Translations under genes and position numbers: made by a program
The notes under the pieces: generated by a model
What the model was told of the DNA's origin: nothing
The model's database searches: none
What the model saw: the letters and a program-made list of their open reading frames with translations, nothing else
Source of the DNA: a virus
Lineage: Duplodnaviria > Caudoviricetes
Virus record (IMG/VR): IMGVR_UViG_3300006153_000003
Direction: 5' to 3' (one strand)
DNA length: 64,000 nucleotides
Part shown: positions 10,437 through 20,744 of the stretch, one piece after another
How positions within the stretch are numbered: the first letter of the stretch is position 1
How the letters are laid out: each line of letters opens with the position of its first letter

Positions 10437-11453
10437 ATGAGTTATTTGAAAGATCTTACAACTTTAATTAATGAAACACTTTCTGGAAAAGTCGCTTTGT
10501 TTGCTGGTGATGATGCTACTAAGTATACCGATCAGGCCGTTAGAGAAGGATTTTTCGAAATTCTAGGAGAAGACAAGCTTACATGGCAGGGCTGGCGAAA
10601 TCACAAAAATGAAATTTTTACGGTAATGGAAAATGTACTAACTACCAATCTCCCACTTGCCTGGGAAAATTCTCCATTCTATAATCAATTTGTAGAAACT
10701 AAAAACGGCGCGTTAGGTGATACTAATGAATTTTATGTTGATGATAATAGTATTCTTGTTGCGTCTCGTTTTTCTGGTAACCATTGGGACACTGATCGTC
10801 AGAAATTACAAGGAAAGAAAGGATTCGGACTAAGTACCGAATGGATTTATATTCGAATTTATGACGAATTAGAAAGATTTCTAAAAAACATCATTACACT
10901 TGCTGAAATGACAAAAAAATTACAGCAGGCTTTCCAAGTAGAAATCGATACACGAATGTATGCTGCTTTTAATGGAATCGGTACATATCTTCCTGCAAAA
11001 TTTCAGGAAGGTGGAGTCTACGACAAATCAACAATGACAGACCTAATTCAAAGGGTACAGACAGCTTCTCAAAAGAATGTTATTCTTGCTGGTACTAAAT
11101 CTGCACTTGCTCATATTGTTGATGGCATCGAAGCTGCTAGAATGTCTGCAAGTCAGAAAGAAGAGTTAGCAACCAAAGGAGCGCTGCTTGATCTTACCGG
11201 TCTTGGCGTATCCGCAGTAGAAATTCCACAGACTTTTATCCGTGGTACATATGATTTTAAAGTAGATAATAACAGTATTTTTGTTCTTCCAGATAATGAA
11301 AAATTTATCAAATTATATTTTGAAGGAGATACTAGAGCTAGAGAACTTGGTTCTCAGGATACAATGGATCAAACAATTGATACACAGGTTCAAACAAAAC
11401 TTGGAACTGGTATTATCGTATCCAATTTAATTGGTAAGTACACCGTAGAGTAA
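10437..11453 (+). CDS. Major capsid protein
   Basis: Size, synteny, FVETKNGALGD motif of SPbeta-like capsids; followed by a hairpin. Confidence 0.8.
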   Translation: MSYLKDLTTLINETLSGKVALFAGDDATKYTDQAVREGFFEILGEDKLTWQGWRNHKNEIFTVMENVLTTNLPLAWENSPFYNQFVETKNGALGDTNEFYVDDNSILVASRFSGNHWDTDRQKLQGKKGFGLSTEWIYIRIYDELERFLKNIITLAEMTKKLQQAFQVEIDTRMYAAFNGIGTYLPAKFQEGGVYDKSTMTDLIQRVQTASQKNVILAGTKSALAHIVDGIEAARMSASQKEELATKGALLDLTGLGVSAVEIPQTFIRGTYDFKVDNNSIFVLPDNEKFIKLYFEGDTRARELGSQDTMDQTIDTQVQTKLGTGIIVSNLIGKYTVE

Positions 11454-11541
11454 TAAAATATAATCCATAATACTTTTAGCCACACCTATAAATAGGTGTA
11501 TTTTTATATCTTTTTTGGTGTGGCTAATTTAGGAGTAAATA

Positions 11542-11739
11542 ATGAGTGTAAAAAAAGTATTTGATAAAGAGTACTCTACAAGCTACATGAAGGAAAAGCA
11601 ATGGTTATCTAATCACGGCATTCCATATGAGTTTGTAAAAGTAATTAATGGAATAACCTTTTATAAATACAAAAAGACTTCTGCATTATATAAAGTACTT
11701 TTTGAATTTTACCATCATTTAGAAAATGATTTGATATAG
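11542..11739 (+). CDS. Small DUF5659-like protein, paralog of 16975..17205
   Basis: EY...E..L..HGI.Y.FVK..NG.T..KY.K...L...L..FY shared with 16975..17205. Confidence 0.6.
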   Translation: MSVKKVFDKEYSTSYMKEKQWLSNHGIPYEFVKVINGITFYKYKKTSALYKVLFEFYHHLENDLI

Positions 11740-11749
11740 GAGGATAACA

Positions 11750-12475
11750 ATGAATTATGAAGAAAAGTCCCTTTCAGAATTAAAAGAATATGCTAAAAGT
11801 ATTGGTTTATCGGTAGGGAATATTGGAAAAGAAAAATTAATTACAAAAATCAAAGAAAAGGAAAATTTATCCAGCGTAATTGATGATTCTGATTTGAATA
11901 AAGATGAAATGAAAATAGATTCAAATAATAATGTGAATGAAAATTCTACATTACTTGAATCTATTACTTCTGCTATCGACGATTTGGAAGATTCAAGTGG
12001 AAGCGAAATAACAGGGACCGTAGATGACCTTCCCATTGATACAGTGATTCCAGTCAAATCAATTAAGTTTGGAGGATTAACATATAGGTCAAGATCTACA
12101 AATGCAACATTTAGATGGAACCAGATTGGTGCCATCGAATATATGACAATTGCAGAATTAAATGAGATGAATAATTTTAAGCCTTCATTTTTAAATAAAC
12201 CTTTAGTTATTTTAATGGATGAACGAGCCATTAAAAAATTTAGATTATTACCTGTGTATGAAAATGTTGCAAAAATTAATAATCTGAAATCTGTATTTAA
12301 TTCTGATATGACAACTATAGAAAAAACTATTGATGTAGCTTTACGAGTTAATATGCGTGATATTCTTATTTCTAAAGTACGACAAATGATAAAAAACAGA
12401 ACTTTAGTAGATATAAATATTATTAGAATGCTCGAGAGAAAGTTAGCTTTTGATTTCCAGGATGAAATTGAATAA
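11750..12475 (+). CDS. Phage protein with N-terminal Rho-N/HeH-like domain
   Basis: SLSELKEYAKSIGL...KEKLITKI motif; position after the capsid gene. Confidence 0.55.
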   Translation: MNYEEKSLSELKEYAKSIGLSVGNIGKEKLITKIKEKENLSSVIDDSDLNKDEMKIDSNNNVNENSTLLESITSAIDDLEDSSGSEITGTVDDLPIDTVIPVKSIKFGGLTYRSRSTNATFRWNQIGAIEYMTIAELNEMNNFKPSFLNKPLVILMDERAIKKFRLLPVYENVAKINNLKSVFNSDMTTIEKTIDVALRVNMRDILISKVRQMIKNRTLVDINIIRMLERKLAFDFQDEIE

Positions 12476-12492
12476 ACATAGATAGGTGGTGT

Positions 12493-12951
12493 GTGCATAT
12501 GGCTAATACTACTTATAAAGAACTTGCGGATGCTGTATTTAATAAAATTAAAGATATAGATTTTGCAAATATGGACGAAAATATTGCTTATCAAATAGTT
12601 ATTGGCTATATGCGATCTTCCATTGTCGCTTTTGAATCTGCAAAACAAGATTTATTTAACCGAGATGATACGTTGGAACAGTTTAATATAAAATTAACTG
12701 ATGAGACATTTATAATCCTTGTAAACTATATGATTATCGAATGGCTTACATCTAATTTTATTTTAACTACAAATGCTTTAAAATCGAGACTTAGTTCTAG
12801 TGATTTTCATAGTTTGAATCTACATAATCAATTAGCAAAAGCTATAGAACTTCGTGATTATTTAAAGGCAGAAAATGATCAATTAGCGATCAATAAATCA
12901 TATAAAGATTCAAAAATGTTTGACTTAATAGCAAATCGGAAGAAGGTGTAG
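12493..12951 (+). CDS. Head-tail adaptor protein
   Basis: Synteny and size. Confidence 0.55.
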   Translation: MHMANTTYKELADAVFNKIKDIDFANMDENIAYQIVIGYMRSSIVAFESAKQDLFNRDDTLEQFNIKLTDETFIILVNYMIIEWLTSNFILTTNALKSRLSSSDFHSLNLHNQLAKAIELRDYLKAENDQLAINKSYKDSKMFDLIANRKKV

Positions 12952-12952
12952 C

Positions 12953-13978
12953 ATGAGTCTATATCTTATGAAAGAACGAATTAAAGAAAGCGGAGCAACA
13001 CTTTATGACGAACAAAAAAAAGATGCTCAAAATATTTTAGAATATGGTTTTCGTGATGATATATCATATAATAAAAACATTGTCACATACGAAACTGATA
13101 GGAAAATTCCAATAAAGATGTTTGATCAAAAATACACAGCCTCTTATGGATTTACATCTAAGTTTCTGTCTCCTCACAATATTCAAATTAATTTAGGAGA
13201 ATTAATTTTTGACACTGAAAAGAGAGAATATTGGCTGTGCATAGAATCTTATGATGTTTCTGGAATTCACATTGAAGGAAAATTGGGAAAATGTTCACGC
13301 TTTATCAGATGGCAAGACCGTAATGGAAACATTCAAAAAATCCCCGTGATATCAAGAAATGCTACTCAGTATAATAATGGAGAATATAAAGATGAAAAAA
13401 TAACTTTAGGCTCTGACCAGATAATGATGTATACTCAATTGAATGAGCATACGAGAATATTGGATCACGGAACAAAATTCTTTATAGATGAGAATTTAAA
13501 TAATCCAAGTGTTTATGAACTTACAAAACCAGATACCGTGGATTATTCTTATATGGGAAAAGGCATGATTTCATTAATGTTGACAGAGCTTCCTTACTCT
13601 CCAACAAAAGAAGAATTGGAATTGGGTATATGCAATTATAGAGTAAATACTACTTCTCTCCCATCCCAGGTAATATCCCCTGATGAAATGGACGATATAA
13701 CTGCACATATCTCTGGAAATAAATGTATAAAATTGGGAATTTCCAAAACCTTTTCCGTATCATTTATGGATAATGATAAACAGAAGCTTGACTGGGAAAC
13801 TGTGAATTTCAAATGGAATGTTGTCTCCGATTTTAATATTGTACAAAATATAATTGGCAATAAGATAGAATTGACTGTTGAAGACGAGAACTATATAGAT
13901 AGTTCTTTTTTATTGCAAGTAGTTGTTAATGAAAAGGTCATCTCGGAAAATTCAATACTTGTTGTGTCTTTAGTGTAG
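12953..13978 (+). CDS. Head closure/neck protein with C-terminal Ig-like domain
   Basis: Synteny; beta-rich C-terminus. Confidence 0.5.
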   Translation: MSLYLMKERIKESGATLYDEQKKDAQNILEYGFRDDISYNKNIVTYETDRKIPIKMFDQKYTASYGFTSKFLSPHNIQINLGELIFDTEKREYWLCIESYDVSGIHIEGKLGKCSRFIRWQDRNGNIQKIPVISRNATQYNNGEYKDEKITLGSDQIMMYTQLNEHTRILDHGTKFFIDENLNNPSVYELTKPDTVDYSYMGKGMISLMLTELPYSPTKEELELGICNYRVNTTSLPSQVISPDEMDDITAHISGNKCIKLGISKTFSVSFMDNDKQKLDWETVNFKWNVVSDFNIVQNIIGNKIELTVEDENYIDSSFLLQVVVNEKVISENSILVVSLV

Positions 13979-13988
13979 GAGGTGAAGC

Positions 13989-14588
13989 ATGTCAAATTTA
14001 TATAATTTATCCAGTTACAAAAATAAAATCATTGATCTCCTACTTAAGAATAAGGATTTCATAAAATTAATTTCACCCAAGAGTGATAGTGAATGTGATG
14101 ATCTCGACATTATTGATGTTCTCTTAGGTGGAGAATGGATCATTGATGGTATACAGTATGATGAACAAGGTTATATTTTTGATCACAATTTTGTAAATGA
14201 TACCATAACTCAAGATAAAACATTTGTGTTTGTTGAAACAGATGTCGAATATGTAAAAAATGGGTTATTTGCAGATTTTAACTTGTTCATTTGTATTTTT
14301 ACATCGAAAGAATTGGTTCGTCTTACAGATTATACTTCACCATCTGTAAAAGAAGTAAAAGATATGGGATATTTTGCTGGTAGGCACGGAAATAGAATTG
14401 ATATATTGTGTGATATCGTAGATAGAACCATTAATGGTAATGAAAAAATCCCAGGCATTGGAACTGTCTCTCCTGATTACAGGAATTATATTACCCAATA
14501 TTGCCCAGCTAATAAATACTATGGTAAGTGTTTAAAATATAAAATCACAAATTTGATTGAGGATGGTGATGAATGTGAAGATTACTAA
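13989..14588 (+). CDS. Tail completion/terminator protein
   Basis: Synteny; NRIDILCDIVD motif. Confidence 0.5.
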   Translation: MSNLYNLSSYKNKIIDLLLKNKDFIKLISPKSDSECDDLDIIDVLLGGEWIIDGIQYDEQGYIFDHNFVNDTITQDKTFVFVETDVEYVKNGLFADFNLFICIFTSKELVRLTDYTSPSVKEVKDMGYFAGRHGNRIDILCDIVDRTINGNEKIPGIGTVSPDYRNYITQYCPANKYYGKCLKYKITNLIEDGDECEDY

Positions 14589-15345
14589 AGAATCGTTGCT
14601 TCCTCTTCTGATTTACAACTCTCCCATAAAGTACGATGAGCATATTACTATATATCCAGTAACTATGAGAGATGTAATTACCTTTCAATTCTTAGAACCC
14701 TCTCTAACTCTTAGAAAGAATAGTACCTTTCGTGAAAAGAAAATTATAAAAATGACATATCTTGATTTCCTTTTATACACAATCGGAAATACTGAGTTAG
14801 AAACTCAATATGAAATACCTGGGCTGTCAAAATATTATTACTATGTTATTCAATTGTTACAGCTCTGCTGTAAAAACGATAAGGTTACGATTGATCAATA
14901 TACTGGAAAAATATCTATAAATGACGAAATTATCACATCTCAAATTTTTGATGATTTGAGAAGGATTATTATAATTCAAAATGATATTGACTTTGATATC
15001 GATGAATTTATGAATCGTGACACAGAACAACGTCTTTTAAAAGCACAAAAGGATTCTAGTAAAAATGATGACAAAGCGACTATTGAAGATTATATTGATT
15101 CACTCGTAATAGCAATGCATGTTACAGAAGATTATGTTATGAATATGACTATTCGAAAATTCTGGCGATATATAAAACGTTATAACTTGCATGAAACTTA
15201 TACTATTGCGAAAACAGGAGAATGTAGTGGTTTTGTCAAATTCAAAGAACCTATAAAGCACTGGATGATATCTTTTGATAAGGAAGATAAATATAGTAAC
15301 TTGAAAGCAGACGAAAATGAATTGAGAAGCAAAGTTTCTGGATAA
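14557..15345 (+). CDS. Tail assembly protein (SPbeta-like)
   Basis: Precedes the tail tube gene; true start probably ~14575. Confidence 0.45.
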   Translation: MRMVMNVKITKESLLPLLIYNSPIKYDEHITIYPVTMRDVITFQFLEPSLTLRKNSTFREKKIIKMTYLDFLLYTIGNTELETQYEIPGLSKYYYYVIQLLQLCCKNDKVTIDQYTGKISINDEIITSQIFDDLRRIIIIQNDIDFDIDEFMNRDTEQRLLKAQKDSSKNDDKATIEDYIDSLVIAMHVTEDYVMNMTIRKFWRYIKRYNLHETYTIAKTGECSGFVKFKEPIKHWMISFDKEDKYSNLKADENELRSKVSG

Positions 15346-15398
15346 CAGGCTTTGCTTTTTATTTTGAATAAAAAGATTTAAGAAAGTGAGGATATAAA

Positions 15399-16427
15399 AT
15401 GGCTAATGCAAAAAATGCTAAGAATGCTAAAGACTTTTTAGTTAGTACGGCTGATTTCTCATTGTTTTATAATGATGTATTGGTGTGTACTGGTAACACA
15501 AACCTTAACGCATCAATTGAAGTGACAATGCAAGAACAAAATGTTAACGCAGGTAAAGGTAATAAATTGCTTTATTCTTACAAATATGGTAGGGAACTTG
15601 CGGTTACTCTGGAAGCCGCCGACTGGAAAATAGAGTATATTGCTGCGCAGAGTGGGACAAAGATTACAGAAGGTTTGAGAGATGCCTATGAAATGGCAAA
15701 GTGTATTACTATCGTAGATGGTGTCGGTATACTTCCTTCTGTTCCAATTGGTGATGTTGCAGTCGAATTAGCAGACGGGACTATTGTAACTGTAAAAGCT
15801 GAGGGCACTACTATTGACTTAACAAAATTTGGAGTTGTAAAGGGAACTGTAAAAGTTACATATCAGTACAAGAGAATTGCAAAATCCATTGTTATTGATG
15901 CTGAAAGTTCTCCAGATGTTTATAAACTTGTACTTGTTGCAGATAAGCACAATAACAAGATTGGTAAGGTTGGTAGCGTTCAGATCGTAATTCCTTCCTA
16001 TCAACCGAGTGGTAACTTTACCATTAACTTTACGCCGGATGGAGTAACAAGCGTGAATATTGATGGTAAAGCCTTGGCAGTCGAAGGTGATACTTGTGAG
16101 GATGGATCTGGTGTATATGCTTACATCTATGATTTTGAAGAGGAGACTACTACTTTCCATATCACTGAACTTGCTGCTACCCCAGCTACAATCGAATTAA
16201 CTACTGCAGGCGCTACCCAGGAGATCTCCGTTATTGGTTTGAAGGGGGTTATGTATAATCCAATTGAGCTTGAGAATACGGAATGTACTTTTGTGAGCGA
16301 CAATCCCGAGATTGCAACGGTGGATGAATCTGGAGTTGTTACCGCAGTTGTGGCCGGATCCACAAAGATCACTGTAGCATACAATGGCGTTGAGGATGAG
16401 GTTGATGTCCAAGTAACTACGGAATAA
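15399..16427 (+). CDS. Major tail (tube) protein with C-terminal Ig-like (Big_2) domain
   Basis: SDNPEIATVDESGVVTAVVAGSTKITV Big_2 signature; synteny. Confidence 0.8.
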   Translation: MANAKNAKNAKDFLVSTADFSLFYNDVLVCTGNTNLNASIEVTMQEQNVNAGKGNKLLYSYKYGRELAVTLEAADWKIEYIAAQSGTKITEGLRDAYEMAKCITIVDGVGILPSVPIGDVAVELADGTIVTVKAEGTTIDLTKFGVVKGTVKVTYQYKRIAKSIVIDAESSPDVYKLVLVADKHNNKIGKVGSVQIVIPSYQPSGNFTINFTPDGVTSVNIDGKALAVEGDTCEDGSGVYAYIYDFEEETTTFHITELAATPATIELTTAGATQEISVIGLKGVMYNPIELENTECTFVSDNPEIATVDESGVVTAVVAGSTKITVAYNGVEDEVDVQVTTE

Positions 16428-16489
16428 ACGATAAAATAATACGGTAGATGGTTGAAACATATCATCTACCGATAAATACGGAGGTATTC

Positions 16490-16738
16490 ATGGAAGAAAC
16501 AAAAGGAGTTCTGGAAGAAATCACAGAAGAAGTTCTTCCTCGGAAACCCAAAAGAACTAATGGCTTTAAAATAAAAAAATGCAGAGTTCTTTCCTATAAT
16601 AAAGCAACGAAGGACTTAGATATACTATTTGATCAATACGGTATCCGGATTCATGATGCGGTGGATCCCCAGGATGATATGGTTGAAATCAAATACAAAG
16701 GTACTATAGGGAAACCCAACTTTGCTTATAAGATGTAG
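16490..16738 (+). CDS. Hypothetical phage protein
   Basis: GGAGG RBS supports start at 16490. Confidence 0.5.
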   Translation: MEETKGVLEEITEEVLPRKPKRTNGFKIKKCRVLSYNKATKDLDILFDQYGIRIHDAVDPQDDMVEIKYKGTIGKPNFAYKM

Positions 16739-16928
16739 GTGCATAATGTGTAAGAATGCATATGAAAAAAAATCTGAACGTACAAAGAAAAAGATGATAT
16801 TCTGCAAATTGAAAGGAAATGATGCAACTCTATCTCAGTTATGCATCAGCCAACGTTTCTGTTCAGAAAAAGATAAATATATTCCAAATAATCAAAAAGG
16901 AAATTGTAAGTATTATGAGTGTAAATAG
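16722..16928 (+). CDS. Small Cys-rich hypothetical protein
   Basis: ORF within the operon; true start probably ~16746. Confidence 0.45.
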   Translation: MLIRCRCIMCKNAYEKKSERTKKKMIFCKLKGNDATLSQLCISQRFCSEKDKYIPNNQKGNCKYYECK

Positions 16929-16974
16929 ATTAGTGTATATGAATGGGTAAGATATATGGACTAATCTATTTTAG

Positions 16975-17205
16975 TTGTATGTCTTACCCATTTTTTTACG
17001 AAATGAGGTGATGACAATAAATGAAGTAAAAATAGATCCTGAATACAATTGCGTTTGGGCAGAGGAATATTCATATCTTTCTGACCACGGAATTAAATAT
17101 ACATTTGTAAAAACTGTAAATGGTGTTACTGTATGGAAATACCGTAAAAATGAACGATTGTTTAAAACATTGGCAGATTTTTATAAAAATGTTTATTACA
17201 GATAA
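16975..17205 (+). CDS. Small DUF5659-like protein, paralog of 11542..11739
   Basis: Clear similarity to 11542..11739; RBS GAGGTG at 17005 puts the start near 17011-17017. Confidence 0.6.
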   Translation: MYVLPIFLRNEVMTINEVKIDPEYNCVWAEEYSYLSDHGIKYTFVKTVNGVTVWKYRKNERLFKTLADFYKNVYYR

Positions 17206-17230
17206 TTATTTTAGGAAGGAGTAATTATAT

Positions 17231-17620
17231 ATGAATGAAGTATTAAAAGGAATTGATTGGGCACAGGTAATTTCTACTCTTTGGACTGTTGTGCTATTAC
17301 CAATCATTACATATATCGGTACACAGGTCGCCAACTATGCAAAAGCAAAGAAAATTGATAAGTATACAAATATTCTTTATCAGAATGTTGTAGATGCTGT
17401 TAAAGATGTATACCAGGCATATGTTGAAAATCTCAAAGGAACCGCTGGCTGGGATGATGAAACCAAGGAAGGTATGAAGGAACTGGCAAAAACAAAGACC
17501 ATTCATGCTCTAACTACATCCATTTATCAGTCTCTTAAAGCCGCAAACAGTGATTTTGACGAATATCTTGATAGTCTAATTGAAACAGCAATTTATGATC
17601 TTAAGAGAGCTAACGTATAA
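17231..17620 (+). CDS. Putative holin
   Basis: N-terminal TM helix, AVKDVYQAYVENLK motif like LL-H-type holins. Confidence 0.6.
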   Translation: MNEVLKGIDWAQVISTLWTVVLLPIITYIGTQVANYAKAKKIDKYTNILYQNVVDAVKDVYQAYVENLKGTAGWDDETKEGMKELAKTKTIHALTTSIYQSLKAANSDFDEYLDSLIETAIYDLKRANV

Positions 17621-17626
17621 TGTAAA

Positions 17627-18151
17627 GTGAGGATTAAAATGGAACCGATAGCAGAATTAACTACCATAGACTACTCTTCTCTTTTCATTGCTTCTTTTTC
17701 TGTCCTTATTGGTATAAAGGCTATCGTCTCTCTTTTCGAATGGATATTTGACAAGTTAGGACTTGAAACAAAATGGATGCGTAAAAAAAGAGAGGAACGT
17801 GAATTATTGATACAGACTTCCCAAGGACTTAATAAATTGCAAGAAAAGCATGAAGAAGATATAGAAAGATCTGATAGGCGAGACGAAAAGATTTCCAATG
17901 ATATTGAAAAACTCACTCAGATGTTCATTGATAAAGAAATTGATGATATGCGCTGGGAAATCAATAATTTTGCAATAAGAGTATCTGAAGGCAAACCTTG
18001 TAATAAGGATAGTTTTCAACATTGTATTCATATTTATGAAAAATATGAAAAAATACTGGAAGAAAATAGCCTCGAAAACGGTGAAGTTGAAATATCAATG
18101 GAATTAATCAATGAAGCATACAAACAAAAATTGAAAAACGGAGACTTTTAA
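17627..18151 (+). CDS. Membrane-anchored coiled-coil protein (holin-associated)
   Basis: N-terminal TM segment, coiled coil, ENGEV motif. Confidence 0.5.
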   Translation: MRIKMEPIAELTTIDYSSLFIASFSVLIGIKAIVSLFEWIFDKLGLETKWMRKKREERELLIQTSQGLNKLQEKHEEDIERSDRRDEKISNDIEKLTQMFIDKEIDDMRWEINNFAIRVSEGKPCNKDSFQHCIHIYEKYEKILEENSLENGEVEISMELINEAYKQKLKNGDF

Positions 18152-18249
18152 ATGAGCGGTTTCCATGTGGAATCGCTCTTTCATATAAGCTTCTTTGTCT
18201 GAGTGTCAATGGATTCAGACAAGGGAGTTTATCGGGAGGGAAGAGGTCA

Positions 18250-18717
18250 TTGAACTTCTCTCCCACTTCTTATAGAAAGGAAGCAAAAATTATCAAACTC
18301 ATTATAGACAATACTGTTGTGGATAAATATAATAAATATTATTTTTCTCTTCATCCACGAGCAAAGAAGAAAGCTATTGAACATCCCTATCATCCATCCA
18401 TAAATACTTGGATGATTTTACCCAGAATTCAAATGAATGCATTAAAGCAAAAATGGAAAGAGTTTATAGTTTTCTGGATTCATGAAATTGGATTAGAAAA
18501 TAAAAGACTTGAAAGTTTTGAAATGATATTTACCACATATATGCCAACTAAGCGCAGAATCGACTGCGATAATACAGTTCCTAAGTTCATTTTAGATGGA
18601 TTTAGTGAAGCTGGATTTATTGTGGATGACGATGGGAAACATCTAAAGTCACTTACTTTAAGAACTGGATATGATAAATATAATCCAAGAACAGAAATAG
18701 AGGTTATTGAAATGTAA
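18250..18717 (+). CDS. RusA-like Holliday junction resolvase
   Basis: RRIDCDN..PKFILDG...AGFIVDDD and NPRTEI motifs; likely ATT start at 18289. Confidence 0.8.
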   Translation: MNFSPTSYRKEAKIIKLIIDNTVVDKYNKYYFSLHPRAKKKAIEHPYHPSINTWMILPRIQMNALKQKWKEFIVFWIHEIGLENKRLESFEMIFTTYMPTKRRIDCDNTVPKFILDGFSEAGFIVDDDGKHLKSLTLRTGYDKYNPRTEIEVIEM

Positions 18718-18902
18718 TGTACTCTTATGAAATATCAAAATTATTAGAAAAACATAATCGCTCTCTCCCAGCATCTTTATATATCAATATGATTCAATCT
18801 TCTCCTCAGATAAATCACACAAAATATAATCCATATGGAAATTATTACGAATCTTGGGATACTCAAGGTGCTTATTGGAAGTATTCTATATATAAAGAGT
18901 AA
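18717..18902 (+). CDS. Hypothetical protein
   Basis: Coupled to the previous gene by overlapping TAATG. Confidence 0.5.
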   Translation: MYSYEISKLLEKHNRSLPASLYINMIQSSPQINHTKYNPYGNYYESWDTQGAYWKYSIYKE

Positions 18903-19017
18903 TTTGATTTAATAGTCATAAAAAATTTACATAATTTTGCAGAAAAACTCTTTACTCTTCTCTTAATGAATGGTATTCTTTATTATATCATTTCAAACTA
19001 TGAGGAGGTCATTGAGA

Positions 19018-19268
19018 TGGCAAGAAGAAAAGTTGAAGAGAAAAATTATGATGAATTAATTGAAATGTCAACTGAAAGAATTGAAGAATTGAAAGAAGAA
19101 TTGAAGCAGGAGAAAGCAAACCTGAAACAGTTGCAAAAGGACAAGATCAGGTACGAAGCTTTTGCTGAGAAACAGAAAAAGGAAGAAGAAATTAAGAAAG
19201 CTGCAGAATTGCTTGTATCATCCGGAAAGAGTCTGGAAGAAATCGAAGCCTTTTTGCAGGCAGAATAA
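19018..19268 (+). CDS. Small charged coiled-coil protein (moron-like)
   Basis: GAGGAGG RBS before ATG 19018; own terminator downstream. Confidence 0.6.
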
Positions 19269-19290
19269 TTAAAAATGTCGATGATATATA

Positions 19291-19320
19291 GGATCTGTCT
19301 TTATGGACAGGTCTTTTTTA
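19291..19320 (+). terminator. Rho-independent terminator
   Basis: GATCTGTC/GACAGGTC stem followed by a T-tract. Confidence 0.6.
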
Positions 19321-19351
19321 TTGTAAATACTTGATTTGGAGGAATTTATAA

Positions 19352-20086
19352 ATGGTAAAAAAAGATGTAAAAATAAAAGAATATATAAATATAGAAGAAA
19401 AAGCAATCATCACAAATCATTTGGTTGATTCCTATTTTGTAGAAAGACTTGATGGAACTATCGGTTATACTCCATATATGGTTGACGTTGCATTAGTAAC
19501 TGCATTTTTCTTATACTGCGTTGAAGGTATTAAATTTGACGAAGAAGAAAATATTTATAATACCGTAGTTTCTGATAAAGAACTTATGGACCTGTATACT
19601 ACTACCCTATCAGTACAGCTTGATAATGATGAACACCCAAATATTAAGATAGTTAGAGAAATCAACTCCATTATGAGAGACGTTGCCGATATGGTTGAAT
19701 TCAGAAAACAGCAGATTGTACATAATAATTCTGTTCTGAATGATAAATTGCTTGAAATTCTGGATATGCAGAAGCAAGTAGAATCCTTAAGGTTGGAAAT
19801 TGCTGAGAACGAGAACAAATTGTTACAGCAGCAATATAAGCAAAACGTATACAATGAAAAAGTGATGAGTCATATGACCCCAGAAGAAACGGCTGAGTTG
19901 AATCGAAGAATGCTAGATGAGAATATGGATTTTGGTAAATTAGCTGAGTTAGTAACTGAGAAATTTATTCACAGCGATATTCACACTTCAAATGTTGTTG
20001 AGATGAAACCTGCTCAAAAAAGAAAACCTGGGAGACCTAAGAAGTCTACGAGTACCGGCGCTATAAAGGAAACAATTAAAAAATAA
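19352..20086 (+). CDS. Probable tail assembly chaperone-like protein
   Basis: Synteny; basic RKPGRPKK tail. Confidence 0.4.
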   Translation: MVKKDVKIKEYINIEEKAIITNHLVDSYFVERLDGTIGYTPYMVDVALVTAFFLYCVEGIKFDEEENIYNTVVSDKELMDLYTTTLSVQLDNDEHPNIKIVREINSIMRDVADMVEFRKQQIVHNNSVLNDKLLEILDMQKQVESLRLEIAENENKLLQQQYKQNVYNEKVMSHMTPEETAELNRRMLDENMDFGKLAELVTEKFIHSDIHTSNVVEMKPAQKRKPGRPKKSTSTGAIKETIKK

Positions 20087-20484
20087 TGGGTGGAGTATTC
20101 AAAAATATGGCCTCTTTGGTGAACGCATTGCAGGCCGAGATGAGAGAAGCTATGGAAGAGGTGACTGAAAAATCTCTTAAAGATGCAGATAATGAAATGC
20201 AGGTTTTTGATGATGGTGGAACTCCTGATCGTTACGATAGAGTTTATAATTATGAGAATTCTCCCGATACACATGGTGTTTCTGGATCCGGCAATGTTGT
20301 AGATTCTGATATTTATCTTAATGATGGTTACGATTATTATACAGGAACTTTTTCCACCCCAGAAGTATTCAAAGCTGCTGAATCTGGAAGTTATGGAATT
20401 GTGGGTACACCAGGAACATGGGCAAGAATAGAAGAAGATATTCAGCAGAATATAGATAACAGCTTCGGGAAGAGATTTAATTAA
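20086..20484 (+). CDS. Putative tail component (HK97 gp10-like)
   Basis: Size, P.RYDR motif, synteny. Confidence 0.4.
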   Translation: MGGVFKNMASLVNALQAEMREAMEEVTEKSLKDADNEMQVFDDGGTPDRYDRVYNYENSPDTHGVSGSGNVVDSDIYLNDGYDYYTGTFSTPEVFKAAESGSYGIVGTPGTWARIEEDIQQNIDNSFGKRFN

Positions 20485-20652
20485 ATAAAAGACGAATTTC
20501 AACCGCATATGATTAGGAAGCGTTCCCCCAAGAATCTGACAGCGATTACGCTTCCTCATCCAAATTTACTGCCAGAGATTACATGGATATAACAATGAAC
20601 ACAAAGTCTAACATTCTTGACCGCATTTTAAATGTTATCCTCTGCATGTACT

Positions 20653-20681
20653 ATTTTATCATAGGATAAATATGTATGCAA
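20653..20681 (-). promoter_or_regulatory. Sigma-A-like promoter facing leftwards, antisense to the late operon
   Basis: TTGCAT-N17-TAAAAT with extended TG on the minus strand. Confidence 0.5.
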
Positions 20682-20727
20682 TTATTATAGAACGACTTAT
20701 TTCGACATATAACCACTACTCTTTTAT

Positions 20728-20744
20728 CTCATCTAAATGGCAAT
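20728..20744 (+). repeat. Shufflon crossover site CTCATCTAAATGGCAAT
   Basis: 17-mer identical at 20728(+), 21970(-), 30490(-), 32610(+). Confidence 0.9.

Noticed and set aside
11755-12648. 297-aa minus-strand ORF and other long antisense ORFs (20014..20559, 25994..26527, 39973..40491, 41998..42528)
   Set aside because: Shadows of well-supported genes on the opposite strand; no RBS, atypical composition
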